Both the position numbers and the translations under genes were made by a program. Positions 36,808 to 46,486 of a DNA stretch of 64,000 nt are shown here, piece after piece; positions within the stretch are counted from its first letter, which is position 1, and the number at the start of each line of letters is the position of its first letter. The stretch comes from an uncultured Methanomassiliicoccales archaeon. Its GTDB lineage: Archaea > Thermoplasmatota > Thermoplasmata > RBG-16-68-12 > EA-27. Location of the stretch: positions 7,134 through 71,133 of the forward strand of contig CAYNEM010000014.1 in NCBI GenBank assembly GCA_964396265.1, given 5' to 3'. The notes under the pieces were generated by a model. The model did no database searches. It was given only the letters and a program-made list of their open reading frames with translations, and had not been told where the DNA came from.

Positions 36808-37035
36808 CTTCACGAGCTCAAGGTCCGTGAGAACACCCTGGCGACTCGATACGATGCATGGCGTCCGGCTTAAGCGTGCCGCCAACGTTATCAGATGGGC
36901 ACCTACGGGCGGTCCGGCCCCTGGCGGACGGGGGAGCCTCCTGCGGGCCTCACTAAGCTCCAGCGAGCGGGAAGGCGGCACGAGGTCGATGACCTACTTC
37001 CAATCCGAGTAATTTCGCGTACCTGCAGTACACGC

Positions 37036-37041
37036 TTATTA
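37036..37041 (+). promoter_or_regulatory. Possible TATA element (TTATTA) upstream of rpa
   Basis: A/T-rich hexamer in an otherwise GC-rich intergenic region. Spacing would give a 5' UTR of about 30 nt. Confidence 0.3.
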
Positions 37042-37101
37042 GGCGCCCGGCAATCCCATGGCCAGCACGAGGCACGCAAACCGGCCTCAGGATGGATGCA
37101 C

Positions 37102-38436
37102 ATGAAGGACGAGATGGCACCCCACGTCCGGGACATCGCCCGGGCGCTCGGGGGCAAAGTGGACGAAGGGGAGATTGAACGGGAGCTGGGGAACTACCTC
37201 AACGTGTACCGCGTGTCGCTGGACACCGCCAAGCGGTCGATCGTGAAGAAGCACGGGGGGGACGCCGCGGATCTGTCCCTGGGCGTTGCGAAGACGGTCC
37301 GGGACCTGACGCCCGGCGAGAGCAGCGTGAACGTGCTGGCGCGCATCGTCTCCGTGAACGAGAAGGAGATCGAGACGGAGGCAGGATCGAAGGCGATCGT
37401 GTACGGGTACCTCGGCGACCCGACGGGCACCGTGCCGTACACCGTCTGGAACCCCGAAGGCCTCGGCCTCTCGAAGGGCGACGTCGTGCGGATCCAGAAC
37501 GCATATACGAAGGAGTACAGGGGCCGCGTCGAGGTCCACTTCGGCTCGCGGACGGTCGTCACGAAGGAGGCCCCCGACCTGCTGCCGGCCTTCGAGGGCG
37601 CGCGCGTCTCCGCCCCCGCAGGGCCCGCAACGCCTTCCAAGGTCGGCGAACTGCGGGAGGGGATGGCGAACCTCGTGCTGACCGCGCGAGTCCTGTCCGT
37701 GGAGACGCGCCAGGTCCAGGTGAACGGCGACGCGAAGACCGTCTACAGCGGCGTGCTCGCGGACGAATCGGGGAAGGTGCAGTTCAGCGCGTGGAAGGAC
37801 TTCTCCCTCGCGGCCGGAGACGCGCTCCGGATCGAGGGCGGGTACGTGAAGTCCTGGCGGGGGATCCCGCAGCTGTCCTTCGACGAGCGGTCGACGGTCA
37901 CGAAGCTGGCGGCGGAGGCGATCCCGTCTGCGGAGGCGCTCGGCGCATCCGCGCGGGTGTGGATCGAAGACCTCGCGGAGCGCGGCGGGGCGGTGGACAC
38001 GACGGTGCGCGGCATCCTGATCGACATCAAGGACGGGAGCGGCCTCGTATACCGGTGCCCGGAGTGTCGCCGCGTCCTGAGGAAGAACACCTGCCGGATC
38101 CACGGCGAGGTCCAGGGGAACGCGGACCTCCGCGTCAAGGGCGTCGTCGACGACGGCTCGGGGGCGCTGACGGCAGTGTTCGGCAAGGAACTCACGGAGC
38201 TCTTGCTCGAGAAGACGATCGAAGACGCGATCGCGCAGGCGAAGGAGGCGATGGACCAGGAAGTCGTTCGCGACGAGCTCGCGGACCTGCTCATCGCGCA
38301 GCCGATCGAGGTGCGCGGCAACGTGACGAGCGACGACTACGGGCTCATGATGATCGTGGACAGCGCCCGCATCCTCAAGGTCGACGTCCAGGAAGAGGCG
38401 CGGGCGATGCTGGAGGAGCTGGGGGGCGGAGCCTGA
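37102..38436 (+). CDS. rpa: Replication protein A (ssDNA-binding), multi-OB-fold with zinc ribbon
   Basis: Repeated OB-fold modules. CPECRRV...C..H zinc ribbon. ATG at 37102, alternative at 37096. Confidence 0.8.
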   Translation: MKDEMAPHVRDIARALGGKVDEGEIERELGNYLNVYRVSLDTAKRSIVKKHGGDAADLSLGVAKTVRDLTPGESSVNVLARIVSVNEKEIETEAGSKAIVYGYLGDPTGTVPYTVWNPEGLGLSKGDVVRIQNAYTKEYRGRVEVHFGSRTVVTKEAPDLLPAFEGARVSAPAGPATPSKVGELREGMANLVLTARVLSVETRQVQVNGDAKTVYSGVLADESGKVQFSAWKDFSLAAGDALRIEGGYVKSWRGIPQLSFDERSTVTKLAAEAIPSAEALGASARVWIEDLAERGGAVDTTVRGILIDIKDGSGLVYRCPECRRVLRKNTCRIHGEVQGNADLRVKGVVDDGSGALTAVFGKELTELLLEKTIEDAIAQAKEAMDQEVVRDELADLLIAQPIEVRGNVTSDDYGLMMIVDSARILKVDVQEEARAMLEELGGGA

Positions 38437-38477
38437 CCTTCCTCCTCTCGCTCGCCAAGGAGACCGTCCTCCGGAAG

Positions 38478-38771
38478 GTGGGGGACCGCGTGCGGACGCT
38501 CGACCGGTCGTACGTCCAGAAGTGGATGTCCGGAGACCTGTGGATCTCCGATGCAATCGCCCGCAAGTACGAGCGGGACGTGCGCGCGTGGCGGGACATC
38601 GTGCGGGAGACGCTCGCGACGATCACGCCCGACGACCTTCTGGCGGCGTGCAGGACCGCGCGGCCGGACCTCGCGGACCTGTGGGGCACCACGCAGGCGA
38701 GGACGAAGATGCACGCGGAATGGGAGCGGGGCCGGGCATGGGTGGAGAAGTTGCAGGGGGGTTCGAGATGA
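38478..38771 (+). CDS. Small hypothetical protein (about 97 aa) between rpa and rpap, ATGA-coupled to rpap
   Basis: Very high GC3 in this frame. Stop TGA 38769-38771 overlaps ATG 38768-38770 of the next gene. Start approximate (GTG 38478, GTG 38490 or ATG 38526). Confidence 0.4.
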   Translation: MGDRVRTLDRSYVQKWMSGDLWISDAIARKYERDVRAWRDIVRETLATITPDDLLAACRTARPDLADLWGTTQARTKMHAEWERGRAWVEKLQGGSR

Positions 38772-39661
38772 ATCGGGAAGTCGCGTGGCGGTTGTTCGCC
38801 GGGGAGTACAACGACAGCAAGCTGGAGGCGGGCGGCGGTGGAGAGCGGGCGCCCACGTACGTCGTGACGCCCCTCGGGGCGCGCGTGAACCGCCTCTTCG
38901 TCGTCGGGGTGCTGACGGACGTGGAGAACGTGGGGACGGACGGGCAGCCGATGTGGCGCGCGCGGGTCTCGGACCCCACGGGCACGTTCCACGTGTACGC
39001 CGGCCAATACCAGCCGGAGGCCGCCGCCAAACTCGCGAAGATCAAGCCGCCCGCGTTCGCGGCGGTCATGGGGAAGTCGCGCACGTACTCGCCCGAGCAG
39101 GGGACCGTGTACACGAGCGTGCGGCCGGAGATGGTGAAGGTCGTCGACGAGAACGTCCGGGACTACTGGATCCTCGAGTCGTGCCGGTCTCTGAAGCAGC
39201 GTCTGGCGGCGATGCGCGAGGCGCAGGGCATGGACCCTCTCACGAAGGACGCGCTCGTCGCGCTCGGCCATCCCGAGGATGTCGCGGAGGGGATCGTGTC
39301 CGCCGTCCAGCATTATGGGAAGGCCGACCTCGCGCGGTACGGCTCGCTGCTCGCGGAGTCGCTCCGGTACCTGCTCCCGGAGTACCGGGCGTTCGCGCCC
39401 GAGGAGCCACCTCCCGCCGCCAGCGCGACGAAAACGATTGCGAGGGAGAAGCCCCGAGAACCCGGGGAGGACGTCGAGGAGAAGGTGCTGGCGTTCATCG
39501 GGGAGCTCGACAAGGACGGGAAGGGCGCACCATGGGACGCGCTCCTCGCCGCCGCCGGGAAAGCCGGCGTCAAGAAAGAAGTCCTCGAGGAGGCCGTGAA
39601 CGGGCTCCTCGACAAGGGCCTGGTCTACGAACCCGTGCTCGGCCGGATGAAGAAGATCTGA
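38768..39661 (+). CDS. RPA-associated protein (RPAP, COG3390-type OB-fold) with C-terminal winged-helix
   Basis: MNREVAWRLFAGEY...PTYVVTPLGARVNRLFVVGVLTDV...DPTGTFHVYAGQYQPEAA matches the RPAP family encoded next to rpa genes in haloarchaea and methanogens. C-terminal wH-like segment. Confidence 0.65.
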   Translation: MNREVAWRLFAGEYNDSKLEAGGGGERAPTYVVTPLGARVNRLFVVGVLTDVENVGTDGQPMWRARVSDPTGTFHVYAGQYQPEAAAKLAKIKPPAFAAVMGKSRTYSPEQGTVYTSVRPEMVKVVDENVRDYWILESCRSLKQRLAAMREAQGMDPLTKDALVALGHPEDVAEGIVSAVQHYGKADLARYGSLLAESLRYLLPEYRAFAPEEPPPAASATKTIAREKPREPGEDVEEKVLAFIGELDKDGKGAPWDALLAAAGKAGVKKEVLEEAVNGLLDKGLVYEPVLGRMKKI

Positions 39662-40129
39662 TCACGTGTAGCGCGCGAGGGAGGCGTGGCACGACCAGCA
39701 GCGTTTCGCGCGGGACCCGACCCGCGAGCCGCACATCTTGCACCGGAGCTTCTCGTCGTTCTCGAGCTTGACCAGCGCGGTGACCTTCTTCATGCGACGC
39801 CGAGCCGTCGCCCAGGCAACCGCGGACGCGACGAGGGCGTGGAGCGCGGCGAACCTCATGTCGACCGGCGGGAACGCGAGAGAGAAGAACACGCCGTATG
39901 CGATGAGCCCTCCGAGGAACGTCGTCGCAAACGCGGCGATGGCGAACGTCCCGGAGCGACCTGCGAGGAAGCCCGCGATGGCGAACGCGGCGAAGCCCCA
40001 GGCGAGGGAGACCTCCGAGGGAAGCCCGCCGAGTGAGAGGAGGATGAGGGGGATGCAGAGCAGGGGTGCGAAGAGCGCGGCCTCGAGGAGCGTCACGAGC
40101 ACCGCCACGAGCGGGTTCCGCACTTTCAT
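39662..40129 (-). CDS. Membrane protein with C-terminal zinc ribbon
   Basis: 4 TM helices then CKMCG...CWSC. Confidence 0.45.
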   Translation of the reverse strand: MKVRNPLVAVLVTLLEAALFAPLLCIPLILLSLGGLPSEVSLAWGFAAFAIAGFLAGRSGTFAIAAFATTFLGGLIAYGVFFSLAFPPVDMRFAALHALVASAVAWATARRRMKKVTALVKLENDEKLRCKMCGSRVGSRAKRCWSCHASLARYT

Positions 40130-40210
40130 AGAAGGGGCCCCACCCTTCGGGTTCAGGATAAAGGCGCGGCGACGGTTCGCAGCGATGATTCTTAAGGGCG
40201 CGAAGGCGGG

Positions 40211-41080
40211 CTATGCGAGGACCGCGAGGATGGACTCGATGCCGTGGATCGTCTGCTTGATCTGCTCCCGGTCCTCCGCGTTCGTGGCGAGCAGGAGGTA
40301 CTTCCGCAGGTCGGTCAGCGCCTCGTCGAAGCGATTCTCCCGGTAGTACAACAGGCCGCGGTCCCTGAGGTCCGGCATCGACGAGGGCTCCAGCGCGAGG
40401 ATGCTGTGCACGACGTCGAATGCGGCCTCGAACTCGCCCTGGTTCAGGTAGATCGTCTTCAAGTTGTTGAGGACTCGGACGAGGATCTGCTTCTTCGTCA
40501 CGGGCTCGAGCATCCGCTTCTCGAGCCGGAGCAGGCCTCCGTACACGCGGTCGAGGCGCTGCTGGCAGTCGTCCTCCGTCAGCTCCGCCCCGCCGGAGAA
40601 CGGGTCGAGGAGGATCTCTCCTTGCGTCGTCAGCGCCTTCACGAGGAAGTGGCCGGGCAGGCCGACGCCGACCAAGGGCAGCGCGAGTCGCCGCCCGACC
40701 TCCATGAACACGAGGGAAAGCGTGATCGGGATGCCGAGCTTACGATCGAGCACCTCGTTGAGGTACGAGTTCCTCGGATCGTAGTACTCGCGCTCGTTGG
40801 CGCGAAAGCCCTCGACCTCGAACAGCTGGCGGTTCAACTCTGCAATCACGCGACGCGCGTCCGCGTCGAGGCTGAGGCGGCTCCGCACCGCTGCGGCCAT
40901 CGCGTCGAGCTTCGCCAAGTACGGTTCGACCTGCAGGTCCGCATATCTCTGTTTCGCAAGGAGCATCGCCGCGTAGGCGAGGTCAATCTCCTCGTCACGC
41001 TGCTGCGTCAAGCGGACAAGCTCGGTCCGAGGTTCCACGGGAGCCACTGGGGGGAGGCCCTCCTCGGTCAAGGAACGGAC
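40211..41080 (-). CDS. Transglutaminase-like/TPR protein, SirB1-like family
   Basis: YYDPRNSYLNEVLDRKLGIPITLSLVFMEVGRRLALPLVGVGLPGHFLVK core and C-terminal TPR-like helices. Start approximate (TTG/GTG around 41060-41080). Upstream ORF extension is Cys-rich junk overlapping the kaiC-like gene. Confidence 0.55.
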   Translation of the reverse strand, partial: VRSLTEEGLPPVAPVEPRTELVRLTQQRDEEIDLAYAAMLLAKQRYADLQVEPYLAKLDAMAAAVRSRLSLDADARRVIAELNRQLFEVEGFRANEREYYDPRNSYLNEVLDRKLGIPITLSLVFMEVGRRLALPLVGVGLPGHFLVKALTTQGEILLDPFSGGAELTEDDCQQRLDRVYGGLLRLEKRMLEPVTKKQILVRVLNNLKTIYLNQGEFEAAFDVVHSILALEPSSMPDLRDRGLLYYRENRFDEALTDLRKYLLLATNAEDREQIKQTIHGIESILAVLA

Positions 41081-41180
41081 GATGCCGGATGAACATATGC
41101 TTTGGCGGCATCGAAACGCTCTGCAGGTCGCCATCTTGGAAAGTTCTTTATCATTGCATCCGCATGGGTGGCCCCTCGGG

Positions 41181-42074
41181 ATGGCTCTAACGCAAGACGC
41201 TTCGGCCCAGCCGGAGGAATCCATCGACACGGAGATCGAGCCCGGCGACATTCGCAAGATTCCCACAGGGATCTCTGATCTCGACACGATCGTCGATGGC
41301 GGGTTCCCCGCCGGATCCACCGTGCTCCTGATGGGGGAGGAAGGCGCAGGGCTGCGCGAGTACGTGTACACGAGCGCGGCGAAGCTCAGCATCGTCCGCG
41401 AGAGACCCTCCGCGCGTACGTACTACCTCGGCCACGCGTGCAAAGACTCCATCCTCCCCGAGAAGGTCTGCTACGCGACGTTCGCACGCTCCCGCGAGGT
41501 CGTGCTGCGGGAGTTCGCCGCCAGCCTGAACGCGGACTACTACCACGCGTTCCGCCGCAACACGACGTTCCGCGATTTCAGCACCCCGTATTTCCGAAGG
41601 ACGGTCGTCCCCGCGCGTTGGACGGAGCCACCGACCACCGAGCTGGGCGCGCCCCAGCAGAACCTGCTCGAGGGGCTCGTCGAATTCCTCGACGAGAACG
41701 GGCCGAACTCCATGATCGTCGTCGACTCCCTGTCCGACCTCGTGGACTCCGAGGCCGCCGAGGCGCGGGACCTCGTGAGCACCGTCAAGGGCCTGCAGCG
41801 CGCCGCCAAGCGGTGGGACGGGATCGTGTATCTCCTCCTGACGCGGGACATCCTGGAACCGCGCGTCGAGCGGATGCTCGTCGACAGCGTGGACGGATGC
41901 CTCGTGTTCGAGTGGTCGCGCTACCTGCGCAGCAGTAAGCGCCAGCGGTACCTGTACCTAGAGAAGTTCGCGAGCGTGCTGCCTCACATGAAGATGGACC
42001 GGATCGCGCGCTTCCCCATCATGATCACGAGCCGCCAAGGTCTGACCGTGGTGTACATGGAGCATATCGGGTGA
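41181..42074 (+). CDS. KaiC/RadA-like single-domain ATPase with degenerate Walker A (GEEGAGL)
   Basis: GISDLDTIVDGGFPAGSTVLLMGEEGAG aligns with the KaiC P-loop region but lacks the Lys-Thr/Ser. ATG at 41181. Confidence 0.6.
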   Translation: MALTQDASAQPEESIDTEIEPGDIRKIPTGISDLDTIVDGGFPAGSTVLLMGEEGAGLREYVYTSAAKLSIVRERPSARTYYLGHACKDSILPEKVCYATFARSREVVLREFAASLNADYYHAFRRNTTFRDFSTPYFRRTVVPARWTEPPTTELGAPQQNLLEGLVEFLDENGPNSMIVVDSLSDLVDSEAAEARDLVSTVKGLQRAAKRWDGIVYLLLTRDILEPRVERMLVDSVDGCLVFEWSRYLRSSKRQRYLYLEKFASVLPHMKMDRIARFPIMITSRQGLTVVYMEHIG

Positions 42075-42079
42075 GAAAG

Positions 42080-42775
42080 ATGGACGTGGTTCCGACGGGC
42101 GTGGATGGGCTGGACGAGATGTTGAGCGGGGGCATTCCTCGGGGGCACGTCGTCGCGCTCCTGGGTTCGTTCGGGACGGGGAAGACGACGTTCGCCCTCC
42201 AGTTCCTCATGCAGGGCCTGATCAACGGGGAGAAGGGGATCTTCATCTCCCTCGAGGAGGACGTGGAGTCGATCGTCAAGACCGCCAGCGCGTATGGATG
42301 GGACTTACGATCCCATGTCGACGACAAGACCGCCGCTCTGATCAAGCTGGAGCCCGCGGATGCGAAGGCGACGGCGACGCGCGTGAAGTCCGAGCTCCCC
42401 ACGTTCATCAAGACGTTCGGTGCGCAGCGCATCGTGATCGACTCCGTCTCCTTGCTCTCGATGATGTTCCCGGACGAGGTCGAGCAGCGCACGCGGCTGT
42501 TCGCCCTGTGCGACCAGATCCGAAAGACGGGCGCGACCGCCGTCATGACCGCGGAGGTGAAGGACGACAATCCCCGCTCGTCGCGCGACGGGCTCGTCGA
42601 GTACGTGAGCGACGGCGTGATCAGCCTGCGACTCATCGAGCGAACGAACGGCGAAGTGCAGCCGGCGGTGCAGGTCGTGAAGATGCGACGATTGAAGCAT
42701 TCGCGCTACATCAAGCCATACAGCCTCACGGACGTCGGCGCCGTCGTCCATGTCGAGGCGGAAGTGTTCGCGTAG
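42080..42775 (+). CDS. KaiC-like single-domain ATPase with intact Walker A (GSFGTGKTT)
   Basis: GVDGLDEMLSGGIPRGHVVALLGSFGTGKTTFALQF plus Walker B (IVIDSVS). GTG at 42071 would overlap the previous stop as GTGA. Confidence 0.7.
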   Translation: MDVVPTGVDGLDEMLSGGIPRGHVVALLGSFGTGKTTFALQFLMQGLINGEKGIFISLEEDVESIVKTASAYGWDLRSHVDDKTAALIKLEPADAKATATRVKSELPTFIKTFGAQRIVIDSVSLLSMMFPDEVEQRTRLFALCDQIRKTGATAVMTAEVKDDNPRSSRDGLVEYVSDGVISLRLIERTNGEVQPAVQVVKMRRLKHSRYIKPYSLTDVGAVVHVEAEVFA

Positions 42776-42814
42776 GACGCCCGCTTGCGGGATGGAAAAA
42801 GAAAGGGGGGCGGG

Positions 42815-43330
42815 CTACCGGCCCACCCAGTCCCCATGCTCGAACACGACGAGGACCTCCTCGATCGCGATCTCCATCTTGCCTGCGTCCAGCGTCGGTC
42901 CGGTCCACTTCGTCGGCCAAGCCTCGAAGAAGTTGTACCTCATCTTCTCAACTCCCTTGCTGTCGTACATGATGATCGACCCGCTCTTCCGTTCGACGTT
43001 GCCGCTGACGACCTCCTGATACCAGTTCCACAGCTCTGGGCCCTCCGCCAGCCCCCGTTTGAGGACGAGCGGCCCGCACCTCGTCACGCCCGGCAGCAGT
43101 CGAATCGTGTCGTCGGGCCGAAGCTCTTCGAACACCTCGGTCTCGCAGCGCATCCCCGAGACCTCCTTGAAGCCGCCCATGATGACGCCGTCGATTTCGA
43201 CCTTGAAATTGTTGATCAGGAGCGCGTCCTTCTTCGGTCCCGCGGGAGCCTGCACGGTGAGCGCCACGAGTAGCACGATGACCATCAGCGCTATCACTCC
43301 CGACGCAACCTTATCCTTCAGTTTCCTCAC
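42815..43330 (-). CDS. Phage tail-tube-like protein (T4 gp19 / Afp1 / Pvc1 family, PF06841-like) with N-terminal signal peptide/TM anchor
   Basis: NFKVEIDGV..GGFKEVSGM...LPGVTRCGPLVLKRGL..ELWNWYQEV...RKSGSIIMYD..G..KMRYNFFEAWPTKWTGPTLDA...EIAIEEV matches the conserved block order of eCIS/phage tail tube proteins. Hydrophobic N-terminus VIALMVIVLLVALTVQA. Confidence 0.65.
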   Translation of the reverse strand: MRKLKDKVASGVIALMVIVLLVALTVQAPAGPKKDALLINNFKVEIDGVIMGGFKEVSGMRCETEVFEELRPDDTIRLLPGVTRCGPLVLKRGLAEGPELWNWYQEVVSGNVERKSGSIIMYDSKGVEKMRYNFFEAWPTKWTGPTLDAGKMEIAIEEVLVVFEHGDWVGR

Positions 43331-43461
43331 CTCCTCCCCTCAAGGGCCCCTGGGTACTGTCGCGCCCCCCCTCGGCGCCCCATCCCGAGGTCCGGGAAGC
43401 CCACGTCCCATTTAGCGGTTTGCGCCGGAACCGCTATGAGACCGGGACCGTTCCCCCCGCC

Positions 43462-44376
43462 GTGAAATTCCTCCGGAAGGGGAAGGTCAAAGAGGTCTAC
43501 GAGGTCTCCGACACGGAGCTCGAGTTCCACTTCACGGACCAGATCAGCGTCTTCGACAAGGTCATCCCGAGCCTGGTCCCCCACAAGGGGGAGACGCTGT
43601 GCCGGACGAGCGCCCACTGGTTCCGCGTCGCGGAGTCGATGGGGGTGAAGTCCCACTTCCTCCGCGTCCTCGACGGGGACCGGATGCGCGTGCGGCGCGT
43701 GGAGATCATCCACGACTACGCGAAGATCACCGCCAAGACGACGAACTTCCTCATCCCGCTCGAGGTGATCGCGCGGTATTATGTCGCAGGTTCGCTCCAC
43801 GACCGACTGCAAAAGCGCAGACTCCGACCGGAGGAGCTCGGGTTCGCGAGGGGGCACGAGCCAAGGTATGGGGAGGCGCTCCCGCAACCGTTCGTGGAGG
43901 CGACGACGAAACTCGAGGCGGTGGACCGCGAACTGACGCTGGAGGAGGCCCTGCGGATCTCGAGCCTCTCCCGGGACGAATACGGGGAATTACAGCAACT
44001 CGTCCTCCGGATCGACGAGCGGATGAACGTGGACGTGCGGAATCGAGGGCTGATCCATGTCGACGGGAAGAAGGAGTTCGCGTTCGACGAGCACCGGGAG
44101 CTCATGGTCATCGACACCTTCGGGACCGCGGACGAGGACCGCTTCTGGGACTTGGCCGCGTACGAGGCCGGGAAACAGGTCGAGCTCAGCAAGGAGTTCG
44201 TGCGTCAACACTACCGCCAAACCGGGTACCACGAGGCGCTGATGGACGCGCGCGCGGCGGATCGGGAGGAGCCCGAGATCCCCGCCCTCCCTGAGGACGT
44301 GCTGCGGCAGGTCAGCGACCTCTATGTCTCCCTTTTCGAACGGATCACGGGAGAGACGTTCCGGGAAGGAACATAG
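43462..44376 (+). CDS. purC: Phosphoribosylaminoimidazole-succinocarboxamide synthase
   Basis: SAICAR synthetase motifs ([14 protein letters not shown]). GTG at 43462 gives the canonical N-terminus. TTG 43420 is the alternative. Confidence 0.8.
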   Translation: MKFLRKGKVKEVYEVSDTELEFHFTDQISVFDKVIPSLVPHKGETLCRTSAHWFRVAESMGVKSHFLRVLDGDRMRVRRVEIIHDYAKITAKTTNFLIPLEVIARYYVAGSLHDRLQKRRLRPEELGFARGHEPRYGEALPQPFVEATTKLEAVDRELTLEEALRISSLSRDEYGELQQLVLRIDERMNVDVRNRGLIHVDGKKEFAFDEHRELMVIDTFGTADEDRFWDLAAYEAGKQVELSKEFVRQHYRQTGYHEALMDARAADREEPEIPALPEDVLRQVSDLYVSLFERITGETFREGT

Positions 44377-44426
44377 AAAAGGGCTATATCGGGGCCGCCC
44401 ATTCCACGCGAGTTGGGGTCCCCGCC

Positions 44427-45344
44427 ATGGAAAACGTCGTCTACATCGACGGGAAGTTTCTCCCTCAGTCGGAGGCGAAAGTCACGGTCTTCGACCACGG
44501 CCTCCTCTACGGGGACGGCGTGTTCGAGGGCATCCGTGCGTACAACCGCCGCGTGTTCCGGCTCGAACGGCACGTGGAGCGGATGTGCCAGAGCGCGAAG
44601 GCGATCGACCTCACGATCCCGCACACCCCCGAAGCGTTCGTCGGGATCATCCTGGAGACCTGCCGCCGCAACAACGTCGTCGACGGATACATCCGTCCGA
44701 TCGTCACGCGCGGGCCCGGGGACCTCGGGCTCGACCCCCGGAAGTGCACGCGGGGCCCGACCGTCGTCGTGATCGCGAACCCGGGGATCGCGTTGTACCC
44801 GAAGGAAAAGTACGAGCAGGGCCTGCGACTCGTGACCTCTTCGTACCGCCGAGTGCCGCCCCAGTCCCTCAGCCCGAGCATCAAGTCCCTCAACTACCTG
44901 AACCAAATCATGGCGAGGATCGAGGCGAACCAGTACGGCGCGGACGAGGCGCTCATGCTCGACATCCACGGGTACGTGTCGGAAGCGAGCGCGGACAACT
45001 TCTTCATCGTGCGCAACCACGGGGTCGTGACTCCGCCGACGCAGACGAACCTGCCCGGGGTGACGCGCGAAGTCGTCCTGGAGCTGGCGGAGAAGCTCGG
45101 AATCCATGGGGAGGAGAAGCCGTTCACCCTGTACGACGTCTGGGCGGCTAACGAGGCGTTCATCACGGGGACGGCGGCTGAGATTGGCCCAGTCGTCGAG
45201 GTCGACGGTCGGAAGATCGGGGACGGGACGCCGGGGGAGATCACGAAGCAGCTCGTGAAGGCGTTCCGGGAACTCGTGACGACGACCGGGACGCCGATCT
45301 ACCCGAACCCCCGCGGGGCCAAGGCGGCCCGCACATCGCGGTAA
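44427..45344 (+). CDS. ilvE: Branched-chain amino-acid aminotransferase (class IV PLP)
   Basis: Class IV aminotransferase block order and a catalytic Lys region. Confidence 0.8.
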   Translation: MENVVYIDGKFLPQSEAKVTVFDHGLLYGDGVFEGIRAYNRRVFRLERHVERMCQSAKAIDLTIPHTPEAFVGIILETCRRNNVVDGYIRPIVTRGPGDLGLDPRKCTRGPTVVVIANPGIALYPKEKYEQGLRLVTSSYRRVPPQSLSPSIKSLNYLNQIMARIEANQYGADEALMLDIHGYVSEASADNFFIVRNHGVVTPPTQTNLPGVTREVVLELAEKLGIHGEEKPFTLYDVWAANEAFITGTAAEIGPVVEVDGRKIGDGTPGEITKQLVKAFRELVTTTGTPIYPNPRGAKAARTSR

Positions 45345-45379
45345 GGCTAAATCCGCATCGCCCATCGCCCCCAGGCCGC

Positions 45380-46486
45380 ATGAAGTTCTACGAGCACAAG
45401 GCTCACGAGATCTTCCGGAGGTACGGAATCCCCGTGCCCCGTGGCGTTTTGGCAACGACGCCGGAGGACCTCGTGGACCCGCCCCTTCCGTGCGCCGTCA
45501 AGGCGCAGGTCCTCGTGGGCGGGCGCGGCAAGGCCGGCGGTATTCGGTTCGCGCAGACCGTCGCGGAGGCGCGTCAGGCGGCGGGTGCGATCCTCGGAAT
45601 GACGATCGGGCCGTACACGGTCAAGCAAGTCTACGCGCAGGAGATGCTCGATATCGCGCAGGAGCTGTATCTCTCCATCGCCATCGACCGCTCCGCGCGT
45701 GCGCCCCTCCTGATGGCCAGCGCCCTTGGCGGCGTGGAGATCGAGTCCGTCCCCGTGGACAAGCTGTTCCGGATGCACGTCCCGCCGCTCGTCGGCCTCC
45801 AGCCCTATGTGCTTCGCGCTCTCGCGAGGAAGTTGGCGCTCCCGAAGGAGGTCGCCACCCAGGTCTCCGACGTCACGCGAAAAGCGTACGCCCTGTTCAA
45901 GGGCGAGGACGCGGAGCTCGTGGAGATCAACCCGTTGGCGGTGCTGAAGGACGGACGCGTCGTCGCGGGTGACGCGAAGCTCGTCGTCGACGACAACGCG
46001 GAGTACCGCCACCCCGCGTACGCGGAGCTCGACCAGGACCGGACGCCGCTGGAGGAGGAGGCGCACGATAAGGGCATCACGTTCATCCAGCTCGACGGGG
46101 ACATCGGCGTGATCGCGAACGGCGCGGGGCTCACGATGGCGACGCTGGACGTGCTGAACAAGAAGGGCGGCCGGGGCGGCGCGTTCCTCGACCTTGGCGG
46201 CACGGACGACCCGGAGAAGGTGAAGCAGGCGTTCGAGATCCTCCTGAAGGCCGAGCCGTCCGTGATCTTCTTGAACATCTTTGGCGGCATCACGAAGGCG
46301 GACACGGTCGCAGTCGGTGCGGAAGACGCACTGAAAGCGTTCGGGACGAAGGTCCCCGTGGTCGCGCGCATCAAGGGCGTCAACGAAGCGAAGGCGAAGG
46401 AGATCCTCGCGGACGCGGGGATGCATTCCGTCGAGGACTTGGAGGAAGGCGCAGAGTTGGCGGTGAAGCTGCGGGGGACTCTCTGA
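45380..46486 (+). CDS. sucC: Succinyl-CoA synthetase beta subunit
   Basis: ATP-grasp N-domain and CoA-ligase C-domain. 4-bp overlap with sucD. Confidence 0.85.
   Translation: MKFYEHKAHEIFRRYGIPVPRGVLATTPEDLVDPPLPCAVKAQVLVGGRGKAGGIRFAQTVAEARQAAGAILGMTIGPYTVKQVYAQEMLDIAQELYLSIAIDRSARAPLLMASALGGVEIESVPVDKLFRMHVPPLVGLQPYVLRALARKLALPKEVATQVSDVTRKAYALFKGEDAELVEINPLAVLKDGRVVAGDAKLVVDDNAEYRHPAYAELDQDRTPLEEEAHDKGITFIQLDGDIGVIANGAGLTMATLDVLNKKGGRGGAFLDLGGTDDPEKVKQAFEILLKAEPSVIFLNIFGGITKADTVAVGAEDALKAFGTKVPVVARIKGVNEAKAKEILADAGMHSVEDLEEGAELAVKLRGTL

Noticed and set aside
38522-38767. Upstream part of the 38522-39661 ORF (GTG start)
   Set aside because: R/G-rich. The alternate frame (small ORF ending 38771) has much higher GC3 and the RPAP homology begins at ATG 38768.
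42071-42079. GTG start at 42071 for the second KaiC-like gene
   Set aside because: Possible (GTGA overlap with the upstream stop), but ATG 42080 gives the conventional MDVVPTGVDGLDE N-terminus. Kept as an alternative.
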